Below, one piece after another: positions 38,040-52,759 of a DNA stretch of 64,000 nucleotides; the stretch's first letter is position 1, and each line of letters opens with the position of its first letter. Source of the DNA: Camelus dromedarius (taxonomy: Eukaryota); contig NC_087437.1 of assembly GCF_036321535.1 (NCBI RefSeq), positions 95,420,001-95,484,000 of the forward strand. Direction: 5' to 3'. Below the pieces are notes generated by a model that worked only from the letters and a program-made list of their open reading frames with translations, had not been told where the DNA came from and did not search any database. Made by a program: the position numbers and the translations under genes.

Positions 38040-38600
38040 TAGTGCTATGAGCAGTGCTAGGTTCCAGAGCTTCAGAGCTGGTTGTGTTCCCTGAACTAGG
38101 AACCAACAAATATGAATAACCACCACATACCATCAGAGTTGTCAAAGCAGAGGAATGACAAAGTGCTGTGAATAATCAGAAGGAACAGATGTTGTGAGTG
38201 TTTCCTGTGGGTTAATGTCCAAACTAAGCCTTAAAGAAATAGATCTGTGTGGGCAGAGATTATAAGGGGTTGGGGTGGGGCAAGGGCAAAGCAGGAGCAG
38301 AATACCTAGCCAGGATTCTTTGTAAAGAGAAGCTGAGTTAACTCTCAGAGACATAAGCATACACAGAATGTTGTGGAACAGTCAGTAGTCCAGTGATGAG
38401 AAGGGCAGATTACATGTGAGAGAAAAGGCATGTTGGTGGCTGCTAAAGGTAAATGGATGGGTAGGTAACCCAGAGCCAGATCAGGGAAGCCTGGGATGTC
38501 AGTAAAAGAATTTGGACCTCATCCTGTGGAATTCAGCAAGTCATCAGGTGGTTGGAAGCAGGAAAGCTACATTGTCAGATTTATATCTGGTTTGCCTATT
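38040..38600 (-). mobile_element. L2 fragment
   Basis: aactaagccttaaagaa...gccagatcagggaagcc...tttggacctcatcctgt. Confidence 0.6.
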
Positions 38601-40504
38601 TTCCTCTTTAGTTCTAGTCTTTTGCCTTGAACACCCAGCACCCTCATTGTGCTTTCTGACTGTCTGTGGCTGATACCTGCAGATTCTACTCTGCCATCCA
38701 CTTTCCTGCTGTGCTCCCAATTCTCACATCTCTACATTAAATCTCAGCCATGGTGCTGAAAGACAAGTTCATGTTAAGGTGAAAAATAGATTTTGGCTCC
38801 TACATCAAGTGTTGCACTTTAGTAGTGGTCTAGTGGAGCATGGTGTTGGAGGAGAATCATGTTTTGTACCAGCAAGAAAGAGTTCCATGATCTGTTACGA
38901 GTGACTGGTATGCTTGTGCGACAGGGACAAGGCTGATGCTGTGATCACTGTTAAAATGATAATAGCTGGCTGTGGCTTACTTTTCTATAATCTCCTCAAG
39001 ATAGCTATCTTTAGAAGAAATCTTTCCCATGCTTCACTCATTCAGATAACACTTTCACAATTTTTGCTGTCTTGAAATGTATCATATGTACCTTATTTCC
39101 CTAACAAATTCTTTTATTTAAAAAATGAATGTATTAAGCATAAAATAGTGGGTCTATATATTTTAACATGTAAAAATATAATAACCACACATGGGAATGA
39201 TGCAAATCAACTTCAGAATAGTGGAGAAGGGAGGCAGAGAAAGTATGAGTGGCTTTAGTTGAATATGTTCATTTTAATTATTCTTTTTCAGTAACCTGAA
39301 GAAAGAATTAGGAAAAGTTCACATCTTTTAACAAGGTTGTGGATACATGTAAGCCTGTTATGTCTGTGCATTATGTCTGTACATTTCTGTAAGTTTGCAT
39401 TTTTTGCATTCTGTAATGCAAAAAACTAAAAGGAGACTAGCAAATGATAAGAAAAAGGACAGGTTCAAAAGGGCAGCAGCACCATGACTTCTGGAGGAAA
39501 GGGCAGAACTCAGAGTCAGAGGCACAGACCAGAAATGCCAGGGCCGGGACAGAGCAAACAGAAGAGGGTCTGCGACAGTTGAGCATTCTGAATAATGACT
39601 CCTCCCAGGAAACTTGTGGATTTTTAAGAATTTGTTTGTTATTTATAATAAACTACACAGCTCTAATGGCTTTAGAGAGAAAATTTTTAGCAAAGACATT
39701 TAAAGGCTATGCTGCATGCCTAATCCAGTAACAGGTGATTGTCCATGGGAGAATGGGTTTGAATTGTTTCCTTAGTAAGAGAAGATTAGTTTCCTAGATG
39801 GGTTTGGTTCCACACATTGGGGCATCCAAAGTCAAATTCCAAGTGCAAAGAAGAAAAATCTGCATCTTTATATTAATATCTCTGAACATCAGAATTCCTG
39901 TGTCTAAATGACATGTTCTTAAAGAAAAATTCTTCTTTGAATATGGAGGATTTATATTAATTTTTTTTAAAGGCAGCTGTAAATACTTGTCATTGGTTGG
40001 GGTAAACCTTAACTAATATTAAATAACATTTATTAAAAATGCTAAAAATAAATGAAATTAATGTTCTAATGATTTTCTATAATTCCTATAATTAACACAG
40101 AGCAATTATAATTTGCATCCTTTTAATAAGTTTCTTTTATATAAAATTTTATCATTCTACTATCTGGGGTAGTGAAAAATATCTTCTAGTACTTACTCTG
40201 AAGTAGTTAATGCAGTGTTACCCATAGGGAAAACAGATCACTTACAAATGAACACCTGTAATTTGAAGAACTGAGCTTATGATGCAGAAAAAGTCATGGC
40301 AAAACTGAAGCTGAGAATGAAAGACATTTAAAAGCAAATGGATAATTCCAAGTACTCCATAGAACTGGTTTTGGGGGGACAAGTATGAATCCTCTTTATT
40401 TCATCCCATTGCAGTCTATCATGGTTGACCCATGAATTATTGTAATTGCCTCAATTTCACATGTTGCTCTAATAATATTTATCTAAGGCCTTTGGGAGCT
40501 CAGC

Positions 40505-40990
40505 GTAGTAGGTTGTAAAAGTGGCCACAGTTAGTTGCAGTTCCTCCTTTTGAGATAGTTTCTTTCCTCACTCCTTGAATTGGGACTGGCTTTGGGACTT
40601 ACTTTTGACCCACAGAACAAAGCAGAAGTATCACTATGCATCTTTTAAGCCTAAGCCTCAAGAGGACCCTGCAGTTTTTGCTTTCATGGTGCTGGAACCC
40701 TATACTGCCCAATGAATAGGGAGCCTACTGGAAAATGAAGGGCCATTTTGCCAGAAACTCTTAATAGTCACAGCTGTCTTAGACAAGTCTATCATAACCC
40801 ACCATTCCCAGTTGAAGTCTCGAACATAAAGTGAGCCCAACTAAGAACATCCTAGCTTGGCCCAGATCAGAACAATTTACTTGAGCCTAGTCCAAATGAC
40901 TGACCTTGAAACCAAGGGCAATGAATGGTGATTGTTTTAACCATTCAAGTTCTGAGGTGGTTTGTTACTGAGCACTGCACTGCATAGCTG
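40505..40990 (+). mobile_element. MaLR LTR (MLT1F-like)
   Basis: aaagtggccacag...ctcactccttgaattggg...ttgttttaacca...gtggtttgttac. Confidence 0.75.
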
Positions 40991-41032
40991 AATCCACATA
41001 ACCTTTCTTTAGTATCAATATATATCTTTATT

Positions 41033-41365
41033 CCAGTGGTGAGAAAACTCTAGTCCACAAGTTAAATCCAGCCTGCCACTGGTTTTTGTATGGCTATGAA
41101 CTAAGAATGTTTTTTACATTTTTAAATTATTGAAAAAAATACACAAAATAATATTTTATGAAATGTGAAAAATAAATACAATTCAAAATTTAGTGTCAGT
41201 AAACAAAATTTTATTACAATACAGCCATGGCGATTCTTCTATATATTGTCTGTGGCTACTTTCATGCTATAGCACCAGTTGAGAAAATTCAACAGAGATT
41301 GTGTATCTGGAAAACCCTGAAGTATTTCCTGTATGGCTCTTTATAGAAGGAGTTTCTTGACTTCG
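41033..41365 (-). mobile_element. MER58B-like hAT MITE
   Basis: aaatccagcctgccactggtttttgtatggc...ctaagaatgttttttacatttttaaa...attgtctgtggctactttc. Confidence 0.8.
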
Positions 41366-43467
41366 ATTTAGGCATATATTTCTACTTCAAGACAAAATAA
41401 AAATTGTAAACTTCAGATACTAAGCTGATAGTAAATTCTATAAAAAATTGAATCTGGACTTATGGTTAAAACTCTACTGTTTTTCTCTGTCCCTCTGTCC
41501 GTGGCACCTTAACACCATGACATGTTCTGCATGATCAGCAGCCTAGTGGCCTCCATGTGTACTTGGATTTCAATTTCCTTTAAGTGCTATGTCTTGCCCT
41601 ATTGGACATCTTGAACTGTTTTTTTCAGTGCCTCTGAAAGATGACAGATGATTTCTCCTGGTGCTCAATCATTTTTGGCACTTTATAGTCAGTCTTGGTT
41701 ATCTTTAAGAAGGTATGCTTTTCCCTCTTGGCTGCCAAATTGTCCTTATGTTGAACATCAATTCATTTGCCCTTAACTGAGGTTTTCAACTCTTAACTGC
41801 TTTCAATCTGTTTTCTCTTTTGGACTATCTTTGGACTCTTGAAATGATTATTTTAAAATTTTCAGCTCTGCATATTTACCATCAAGCTATAAAAGATGTA
41901 GTAAAAAATAATAGATTGCTCTGAAATAATTAATACGTAATTGACACCATGAGTATAAAATTAGAGCAAGATTTGAAATAAATGTACATTTCAAACTTTA
42001 GCTTGTTGATATCTTCTAAATGATGTGCTGCCTTATTCTGTATAAGGAAAAAACCTTGCAGAGTCATCTAGAGACTCTTAATATAAGTTCCTCCTATACC
42101 ACAGAACTGATATATTAAGGCAACTATCCCAAATATGCTATCAATTTTAGTAACAATCATCTTGCCATTTTTATGTGAATGTTATGTTAAACCTTCACAG
42201 AAGCTTAATTGTACTGACATAGATAAGAGTGTTGCATATTTTTATATTCTACTCAAGAGAGTATCTTCAGTGAAGAATATTTCTTTCATTAACTTTATGT
42301 TCAATTTTCTTTAGGGAAAATTTCAAAGTTAACATACTTCATAAAAATATGTAAATGATTTTTCTTTTAATGTATCCTACCAAAATGGCTTTATAAATAT
42401 ATAAATTATTCCACTCTCAAGCAAAATGTGAATCAAATAAAAGTGATAAATAAATTACTTATATTGAAATTCTTTTCTTTCCTGAAAAACTCACTTGTTT
42501 CATGAGAAATGAAGAAAAAAAAAACAAAAAGAATTTATGAAAACCAAAACAGCTAAAAATAATTTTATACTTACCATACTTGTACTAAACAATACATACA
42601 TTAATTGCATAAATTAGACTTTCAAGAATGGAATTTGGGAGTTATGCCAATAAGAAGGAAACAGGAAAACACAAACAAAATAATTCCCCAAAACATTAAA
42701 CCACCATGTGCTTTCTCTAACAAATCCCCAAAAACCACTTGCTCGGTGTTCTGGAAGTCCTACCATAAGTGCAAAACTGAAAGAAGGCACGGTTTTTGAA
42801 AGCCCTATTTAGAAACAGATGAGAATGTTGGCTTTTCTTTCATGTAATGTTTTCTGGCATTATTTAATGGACACGTGAAGACATTGAATTGCATCTGGAA
42901 TTAAAGAGAAAGCTGGAATACAGACTTCTTAACAGGTGTTCCAGTTTATTGTAATAGCGGTTAACACACACCTGCATTTTACAATCTTCAGTCTGAAGTC
43001 TTCTTATAGGGAAAACTAGTGGTTTACCAAGACCAGATATATTTGGCATTAACTGCATTGCATGAGAGTGAGAAGACATATCAGCTATGGCTAGAAAAGG
43101 GAATACCAAATTTTGTGGAGGTCTATTAAAAAAAAATCTTTGCAGAAAATATCATAAGCTGATTATGGAAAAAAGTGTTTTTGTTCAGTAAAACAACTTT
43201 TCTCTCTCTTTATAATCCTCTGAAAATCTATTAGAGTTGGAAAATAAGTACCTGTGAGCATTGGCTGGAAAAAGATGATATAAAGGATAAAATAAAAAAA
43301 TTAGGGGTACTACTCTCATAGATAATGATGAAAAGCAGAAAAGGGTGAAAGGTAAAGAAACATTAAAAAGAATTATGTTCAATTTTAGGTTGTTTGAACA
43401 GTCTACCACTATCAAATTTTCAGTAAATTTTGTTATAAACCCAAGTGTATTTTTGTATATATGTTAA

Positions 43468-43469
<2 letters not shown>

Positions 43470-43502
<33 letters not shown>
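43470..43502. repeat. (TG)n microsatellite
   Basis: Read directly from the sequence. Confidence 0.95.
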
Positions 43503-43506
<4 letters not shown>

Positions 43507-43949
43507 CACAAAAATGAACACTGAGTTTCTTGGTTTAGGCAATACAGTGGGCTTAGGAAGGGGAAATGACCCATATACCGAACCAGTTAAGCCTAAATGC
43601 AGAAAAGACATATCTAGGAAAAATATATAAGGTAACTTTTCTCACAGTATCTCCATCCTCCAAGAGATCTTGGGAGGTATTCAAAGACTTTCACTGAACT
43701 TAGGGTGGGGTTCAAAGAAATAGTATTTCTTAATGGACAGCATTCTTCAGCCATTATTTAGAGTACTTTGTAGGAAAAAAAAAAGACACCTAACTAAAAG
43801 CAACCAGGAGCAATGAGAAAATTCTCTTTCTGTCATCTCTGTCTCAATGTGTTCCCTCTCATCACCAGTCTCACTCCCTCTCTATCTCTTGTCGTTCTCT
43901 CCTTCTTACTCTCTCTTCCTCCCGTTCTCCTCCTTCTCATAATCTTCTA

Positions 43950-44500
43950 AAAACCATGTTCAGGTATCTCACATTAAAAACAAACTACCAACAAAAAACA
44001 TGAAAATTATATCTCCTTCACTTCAAATCTTTCTATAGCTACTGCCTTATCTTTATGTTCCTTTTCAGAGAAGTACTTTCTAAAGAGTTGTGTATGCCCA
44101 TGGTCTCACCTCCTACTCATTCATCACTCTTAAACCCATTGTAGCTCCTGTCATACTCATTCCACTGAAACGGAATTAATTAACATCACTAGCAATCTTC
44201 ATGGGGTCAAACCTAACAGACACCCTTCTGTCTTTCCCACATGCTGTCTGTCAGTGCCATTTGGCACAATTAGCACCTCCCACCTTGTTTTGGTCTGTAC
44301 TACCTAGTTAGGTGATCCCCACAATATCAAGGCTTTAACCAAGGCTCCAAGATCCTCTCTCTATGTTTCATTCCTGAGCTCTTGGATGATTCACAGCCTC
44401 TGAAGCTTGTCTGAAGAAAACACTTCTCTCTCCTGCTCCGCACCCAGCCTCTTCTTCCACCAGTCTCCCCCACTTTAATCCATGTATGTAAGAGCAGCAA
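43950..44500 (+). mobile_element. L2 ORF-region fragment
   Basis: ctcttaaacccattg...ccactgaaac...catcactagcaatcttc...catttggcacaa. Confidence 0.6.
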
Positions 44501-44529
44501 CTAAACCTACAAGGGATTTCTTCACCTCC

Positions 44530-47500
44530 CAACTCTTTCTTTTGAAAAATGTCAGACCTACAGAAATGTTCCAAGAATAATACAGTAAACACCGGCTGTT
44601 AACGTACACTTGCAACATTTGTTTTCTATTTATATTCCTTTTTTTTATTTTGACTGAACCATTTGAAAATAAGTTGCAATCATCACATTTCACCTGTAAA
44701 TACTGTGAATAAGAATAAGAACATCTGCCCATAAAAATACAAGGAATTTACCACTGGTATAATAATATTAACCAATGTAAAGTTCATATCAAAATTTCTT
44801 TAAATGATCCTAAGCTGTCCTTTGTAGCTCTTTCTTTGTTTTAAAAACTGAAGTGTAATTTACATACCTATAACAATAACCTATTGTAAGTGGACAGTTG
44901 AATCCTTTTTAGATAATTTTAGAGTGTGCAACTATCACCAAATTCTAGTTTTAGAACATCTCCATCACTGTAAAGACTTCCTTCATGTGCATTTGTAGTT
45001 CAGTCCCTGTTCCCAAACTCAACCCCAGACAACCATTAATCTGATTTCAGTCTTTATACATTTACTTTTTTTCTTGGAAGTTTATTTAAATGGAATCATA
45101 AAATATATAATCTTTTGTGTCTGGCTTCTTTCGCCTAATGTAATGCTTTTGAGCTACATGCATGTTGGTTACATGAATCATTAGTTCATTCATTTTTATT
45201 GCTGGAGAATCTTCCATTGCATGAATATACAGTCTCATTTGGAATGCAATTTCTCTACATTTTCATGAGTCCCTGATGCTTAAATGAGCAAATCTAGTGG
45301 GTATGTAGTGGTACCTTATGAATTCATTTCCATTTCACTAATGACTAATTGTATTGGGCATCTTTTCATGTGACGTCAGCCACTTGTATACATCCTTTGG
45401 TGAAGTGTACATTTAAATATTTAGCCCATTGTAAAACCAATTTCTACATTTTCATAGTATTGAATTATAAAAATTCTTTACATACTCTGTATACAATTTC
45501 ATTTCAGAGGTGTGATTTTCAAATAATTTTTTCTCAGCTTGTGTCTTGTCTTTATTTCCTTAATTTTGATGATGTCCATATTTTCTTATTTTTTTATTCA
45601 TATATCATGCTTTTGGTGTCATATCTAAGAAATCTTTATGTAGCACAAGTTATAAGTTTTTTTTCCTAAATTTTCCTCCAGAAGTTTATAGTTTTAGTTC
45701 TTACATAAAAGTCAGTTATATACTTTGAGTTAATATTTATACATGATGTGAAGTAAAGGGGAAAATAAACTTAGACTCTTATCTTATACCATGCATAAGG
45801 TTGAAATAATTTTGAAAAATAACAAATTTAAAGAACTTCTAGGAGAATTTAAAATTCTTCTAGGAGAATTAGCTTTAAAATAAATTGTCATTTCTGCATT
45901 TAATTGTCCTTTGTTGAAATCAGTTTACCATAAACGTGTTTATTCCTAGTCACAATTCTGTTTTATAGGTTTATAGTTTATATGTCTATCCTTATGCAAA
46001 TATCACACAGTATTGATTTGTTAGCTTTATAGTAAGTTTTGAAAATGGGTAGTGCATGACCTTCAGATTTGGTTTTTCAAAATTATTTCTTCTAATATAT
46101 GCATTTCCATATAAATTTTAGAATCAGCTTATCAACTTTATTAAAGATACTTGTTGAGATTTTGATAAAGGTTTGATTGAATATATTAATTTGATGTGAA
46201 TTTCTAACTTAGTATTCAAATCCATGAATGTAGAAAGTCTACATTTATCCAGATTTTCTTTAATTTCTCTCAGCAATGTTTTGTAATTTTCAGTGTACAG
46301 ATCTTACATTTATTTTGCTGAATTTATTATTTCAAATAATACATTCATTTACATTACTAAATAATATCATTATTAAATACTAATAAATTAATGAAGTTTA
46401 TATTACAGTTCGCTCTTGATGTTGTACATCCTATGGGTTTGGACAAAAGTATAATGATATATATCCATCATAATATCATATTGAATATTTCACTCTTCTA
46501 AAAATCCTCTGTGGTCTACCTGTTCAAGTCTCTTCTTCCCCTTCAACCTCTGGCCACCATTGATCCTTTAACTGTCTCCACAGTACTGGATTTTCCAGAA
46601 TGTCATAAAGTTGGAATCATACAGGATGTAACCTTTTCAGATTGGCTTCTGTAGTTAGCAATTTGCATTTAAGATTTCTCCATGTCTTTTCAAGCTTTGA
46701 TGGCTCATTTGACTTTTAGCACTGAATAATATACCAGTGTTTGGATATACCACAGATTATATATTCACCTACTAAAGGGCATGTTGGTTGTTTGCAAGTT
46801 TTGAGTAAAGCTGCTATAAACATTCATGTGCAGGTTTTTATGTAAATGTAAGCTTTCAGCTCCTTTGGGTAAATACTAAGGAGTGTGATTACTAGATTGT
46901 GTAGTAGGAGTATGTTTAGTTTTGCAAAAAAACAGTCAAATTGTCTTCCAGAATAGCTGTACCACCTTGCATTTCCACTAGCAGTGAGTGAGGGTTCTTT
47001 TGATTAGCATCTTTGCCAGCACTTGGCATTGTTATTAATTTTATTTTTATTCTTGATTCTCAGAGGTGGGCCTGTATATCTTTATATCTTCATAGGTAGC
47101 CAGTGTTTAGTCAGAGGTCGTACTCAAGCACTTGGAGCCAGTTAGCTGCCTACCTTCTGCCAAGGAAAGTGTGTGCGGGTTGTGGAGCACAATTTTCTGG
47201 ACCATCTCATGTCCTGCCTATGCAAATGCACAGATTTCCAGTCATTCAGTATTGTGTAGAGAGTTTGTTTTGGGCCTTTTCAGGTCTCTTCTGCATATGC
47301 AAGAGCTTTTCAATCACTTAGTCAGCCAGGGATGTTTGGATAGTCTATTTCATCCCTCTTATTAACTCTTTCACTTTCAGGATGTTTATGTTAAGTTTAT
47401 GTCTAAGCACTGGTCTCCTGCTGACTCTAACCAAGTCTCAAAACTCTAGCTTGCAGATATATGTGCTGCTTCCATTTGTTTATTACCAAGTTTTCTCCTC

Positions 47501-47840
47501 TTATTGACAAGGCCCCTTGATTTTTCTCCCTTTGGTCCAAGTAAAGTCAGCTCCCTTCCAGCAGCCAAGCTGCTGATTTTTGATCAGCCCCACCCTGGTA
47601 GAAGCACAGCGCCATCTGGGTGGGGAGGAGGATGGTGGCAACCCCAGGCAAGAGGGCCACGGACTCTCACTGTTCTTTCCCAAAGTTTAAAAATTATTCA
47701 TGAGTATATATTTATCAATTAATTATTTTGGTTGATGTCAGAGTTCTGAAATGGTTGGTTTGATAGCTGAATCAAGTTTTATAGGCTTTTTGTGGGAAAA
47801 AAATTGCCAAATTCTTGGCATTGCTGGAAATCCTGTTCCT
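44530..47840 (-). mobile_element. Cluster of decayed L1s (L1MD/ME end, L1MB 44840-46350, L1MC 46400-47040, L1 5' pieces to 47840)
   Basis: Several L1 3'-end and ORF2 signatures (aatggaatcata, gctttatagtaagttttgaaa, atgggtttggacaaa). Confidence 0.85.
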
Positions 47841-47999
47841 TTAGCTTTTTGATCTAGTGTTCAAGTAAAGGTGCCTCTGGTGATCATGCACCTTTAGTCT
47901 TCTTTGATGTCTGACAGTAATCTCACCATCCCACCATTTCTATCCTTTGTGACAATGATGTTTTGAATAGAGGTTAATTTTGATTCCTGTCTTTTCCTT

Positions 48000-49310
48000 T
48001 CATTTATTCATCAAATACCTTTCATTTTCACTCCCTTCATCAAAAACTTGTTTTGGTTATTTTTTTTCCTCCCCAAGTGGGTCCTGAATCCTTCCACTAC
48101 TGTCCATTCTTACAGCACCCATTTTAATACAAATCACTGTTCTTTCTTTTCTAGATCATAGTAATAATGTGTCTCCCTGCTTCCACTTATTCTCTTCCAG
48201 AATCTATTCTTCAGACAACAATGACTTTTTTTTAAATGGTGAAATATTTTCTGTATTTAGACAGAATTTTCAAAAAGAGGACACAATTTTTATTTTTTTT
48301 ACCATCTTAACCATTTTAAGTGTACAGTTCAGTATTGTTAAGTATATTCACATTATCGTGAAACAGGTCTCCAAAATGACTTTCAAATCATAAAGAATAT
48401 CATATCATTCCCCTGCTTAATATCATTTTACTTTTATTTATAACTTTTTTGCTTTTAGAGTAAAATCCAAACATATCATCATGGTGTATAAGGCCAGTGT
48501 CTTAGTCTGTTCAGGCTGCTATAACAAAATACCATAGCATGGGTAACTTATAAATAACAGGAATTTATTTCTCACTGTTCTGGAGGCTGGAAGCCTAAGA
48601 TCAGGGTGCCAGCATGGTCAAGTGAGAGCCCTCTCCTAGGTCATAACTTCTCTTTGTATTCTGACACAGCAGGATAGGCAAGGAAGTTCTCTCTTGAGTC
48701 TCTTTTATAACGGTCCTAATCCCACTCATGAGGGCTCTGCTTTCATGATGTGATCACCTTTCAGAGGCCCCACCTTTTGATACTGTCATCTCAGGGGTTA
48801 GGTTTCAACATATGAATTTTGGTAGGGACACACTCAGACTATAGCAGCCAGACTATCTGAAGCCTATCTATTACCACTTCCTCTCCTCACACCTCCCTTA
48901 GTATATGCATTCAAACCAGTCTCCTTTCAGCTTTGTGAATTTGCCAAGCTATTCCCCACCTCAGAGCCTTTGCACTTGCTGTTCCCTCTGCCTGAAATGT
49001 TTTCCACCTCTTCACCACATCCCTGGAACATTTTTATTCTTTGTAATCAGCTTCAGTGTCACCTCCCCAGAAAGGATTCCTCTCACAATCTCATCTAATT
49101 TAGTATTGTCTACTCCTCAACCAATTACTTTCTTATATATCTCCCAGGTCACAATGCTTATTACAATTGGTAGTTATAGTGTCTATTTGTTTACTTATTT
49201 ATTTTTACCTTCTCTGATTGATGCTCTCCACAAAGGAAAAAATCCTGTCTCTCTTACTCACTACTAAATCTCCAGTTCTTTTAATAGTGCTTGGCATATA
49301 GTAGGAGTCA
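48000..49310 (+). mobile_element. L2 3' region interrupted by a short L1 end (48290-48370) and a MaLR LTR
   Basis: cctcagagcctttgcacttgctgttccctctgcctg...agtgcttggcatatagtagg. Confidence 0.8.
48498..48846 (-). mobile_element. MaLR solo LTR (MLT1A0-like)
   Basis: TG...CA ends with perfect 5-bp TSD GCCAG. Confidence 0.93.
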
Positions 49311-50924
49311 CTTTCCCATTTAGAAATTCAGTTGAAGAGAGAAAGTATTATTCTCCTCAAATTACATTGTTGAGAAATATTAGATGAGGAGACCGACAAA
49401 TACTTTATGCTAAAGTTAACATCTTGAATAAGTATAACAATTTCTCAGTGTTTTTTCTTTGTGTTTTTCAACAGCATGTATTTTTGTTAATACAGCGATT
49501 TCAGCAGTTTATTTTGCGCAAATAAGGTATTAAATCAGTGGTTTAAAAAAAGAATTTAGAAATAAGGAAACAGAAGTATGTACTTGGCTTTGTGTCTTAT
49601 TCTCTTACTTAAATAATTTGTATAATAATTTAATTTTCAAATTATCAATTTAAAAATGGAGATTATATAGGCATTGTAACCTAGGAACATTGTATTAAAC
49701 TCAAGATACTTATACAATAAATGCCATTTCTAAAAAGAAAATACTTTTTTTTCACATATTATATATGAAAAAGGACTATTTAATTTCATCATCTGGAAAA
49801 CCAAAGCATAATAGCTATATCTCTCTAAGTCTGCATTCATGGTGATACTGTCATTTTCTTCTAAAGAAAGTTTCGGCATTTTAATCAGTTTATCTCTTGT
49901 CTCTTGAAAAACTTTATACCTAGACATTTTAAAAACCTGGGTTTCCAAGGAGAAAATATATGAAACTGCAACTTAGTGACTACTAATTCGTTTAACCTAT
50001 AAATCAGCAGGAGCAGAAAAATAATACATATCATTTCTAGAGCTTACAACTTCCATAAATAAAAATTTCATTTTCTGGTACTGACAGCCTGAGTTTCTAC
50101 CATGCTAGTGAGTCCTCCTCATGTCAGTTGCTCTTTATGACTAAAGTAAATATTAAAGCCCACATACGTGATAGATCTGTCGTGGTTCTCTTTTCCGCTC
50201 AGCTTTTGAAATGAAATAAGAGTTCAATAAAATGGTGCACTACAAGCCTTTTGTTCAGATGCATACAGTTTATCTTTCGATGTATACAGCATATTCATTT
50301 CTTCCAAATGTTTTATTGACCTCGGTGCTTGGGGGTGATGAAAAAACAAAGAGTAGAAGCTGAAGTGTTGACATATTTACAGAGGGATTCAGAAAGTACA
50401 GAGTTTATTGGACACCATTATCAAGAATAGCATTTAATCTGATTGGATTTTTTTTTTTTTTTTTTGGTATTGTCACAACAGGGATAGGACTGATTAAGGT
50501 CTGAAAATATTCAGGTGTTTTTCACTAAGAGACATAATTAAAGTCCAAGAGACTTAGGCTTGGGGATTTAATCCTGAGCAGTTCCTCTTCTGAAATTTGA
50601 ACTTGGATCCCATCCAGGTTTTTCACTGTCTGATTTTAAATCACCATCATATACTGCAGTAGCAGCCATGCAAATTAACACATTCCTACATGTTCAGCAC
50701 ATTCAAGAAAGCATATGAGGATGAAATAAAATGACATAGTCTTTTCTTTTTCTTGTATTTAATTTTTTGTTAAAACTTCCAGTGCATTGTGCGACAGAAG
50801 AAAAAGCTGAATTTATTTCTAACCAACAGTGGTCTTTGTATTCATAAGGTAGTGAAATAGAAAACTGGTGCTAATTTCAGAAGAGAGAAGGAGATTTGAT
50901 AGGGCAATGGTGGATGTATTTCCA

Positions 50925-51210
50925 GGACTCCTTTTGTTATAGAAGACAGAAACTCAACTCAACAAACTTAAGCATGATATAAAACTTACTATGCCTTTAA
51001 TTTGGTAGTTGAGAAATTGGCTGACTTCAGACAGGGTTAGATTCAGGGACCCAAATAAGGTTACCTTTCTCTCTCTTCATCTCTTTATTCAGCTTCTCTT
51101 GGCCATTGGTCTCTTTCATATTGCAGACAAGTACTCATGATATGGTGGGGAAACTGACTACCTGGAGACATCTAGTCATATTCTGCTTTTTCTATGACCC
51201 AAAAGAAAAA
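50925..51210 (-). mobile_element. Old MaLR LTR fragment (MLT1K-like)
   Basis: caggactccttttgttatagaagacagaaactcaactc...ggctgacttcagacagggttagattcaggg. Confidence 0.55.
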
Positions 51211-51469
51211 AAAAACCTTATTCTCATCAAGTCATTCATTCCACAACTCTCTCTTGCATACTTACTATGTGCCAGACCTCTCATGAGGATTTCATTCTAC
51301 TGAGTAGAGACAGAACAGAAATAGGAAAAAAACAGATAACTATGTGCCCAAATCCCATCTCCTTTTTCTGAAAATATAACTTCGGCTACCACCAGATGAT
51401 CTTTTGAGAATCCTTCCCATCAGGAGGTATTATTTAACTTTTATTATATCTTGTATACCCCAAGCCATT

Positions 51470-51716
51470 GATGTCTTTGAAGATAAAGAGGGATCGTGCC
51501 AAAATTATGAACAGCCTCTAAAAGCTGAAATAGGCAAAGAACAGATTCTCCCCTGGAGCTTACTAAAGGAATGCAGCCTTTTTCACACCTTCACTTAATT
51601 TAGAATTATCCACTGAAGACCTCTCATCTGCAGAGCTGTAGAGTAATGAATTCTGGTTTGTTTTAAGCCAATAAGTTGGCAATAATTTGTTATAGCAGCA
51701 ATAGGAAACTAGCACA
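51470..51716 (+). mobile_element. MaLR LTR 3' part (MLT1D-like)
   Basis: cagattctcccctggagc...ttttaagccaataagttggcaataatttgttatagcagcaataggaaac. Confidence 0.85.
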
Positions 51717-52759
51717 CCCTCTACATACTACCATTGCTGGAAGCATGTGTACCTCCATTAATTCAAGCCTTCTCTTTCCTTTCACCTCTTCCTTCCATCT
51801 TTTACTCCTCTCTCTCATGGAAATGTGTCCTCACCATGGTAAATTAGCCACTATAACTCTACCCATCCTTTCCTGCACTGAGTTTGTGTGATCATAAGAG
51901 AAAGTAATTCTTCCCAATCCTAGGTATGTCATTTAGAGATTGATGCTAAACAATAGCTATCTGAAAAATGTTTCTTTATTTTTCCTGCTTCCAGTTTTAC
52001 ACTTCTCTAGTGTGAGAGCCTTTTGTTTCTATATGGCTTAAAAAAATTCTGTTCTTGATTTTTTCTAACATCATTCATTCGGGAAATAATTATTGAGCAC
52101 ACACTACTATGTGCAGGGCATAATGGTATGTACAGATAGATGTATACGAGACAGTGTCTAGATTGTAGAACTGATGGGAAATCCATCTTTCTGTAACATG
52201 CAAACCTAATCGATAGGTTCTAATAAACAAAATGTTGGCATTGGCACATCTGTTTTGAAGGTATTTGTTAGACATAGATGTTATTTAATATGTATTAAAT
52301 AGAAGTAATATGACAGTGATTTTCCTGTTGTCCAATTTGGTAAGAACTGTCCACACAAATTAAATTCTGATTTTGTTGCATCTTTTATAGAAACTTGTAT
52401 ATTGCCTACTAGGCTTCCCTACACAGAGAGAAAAATCAATACAAATAAATGATTTCATTCCCTTGCTGGCATCATGGTTGCCCTGAAATTGTTTGCATAT
52501 TATAAAAATCTCTTGTGCACTGCTTTTAAACCCTAGTAAAGCAAGTATTACTTTATTGCTTTGTTATAAGTTCCAGAAGTCTGTGTTTTTTTTTTCCATG
52601 CTGCACATAATGAAAGACAAACCTATCTCTGAGTGATCAAGCAAACGGGACATTTTGAAGGAGTATGTACTGTGCATTTATTCATTTCTCCCCTAGTTCC
52701 CTAAAAGCAAGCATTATTTAAGGCTTGTTTTAAATCAGCCTTACTATAGAACATTCGGC

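Noticed and set aside
23080..42900. Isolated perfect minus-strand splice donors (ACTTACC near 23081 and 42569)
   Set aside because: Expected by chance in AT-rich DNA, with no coherent reading frame.
19420..47040. Segmental duplication between about 19.4-20.0 kb and 46.4-47.0 kb
   Set aside because: The similarity is confined to two L1MC copies and the flanks are unrelated.
47607..47625. CTCF-like GCGCCATCTGGGTGG
   Set aside because: Spacing is off by one base and it lies in a decayed L1 region.
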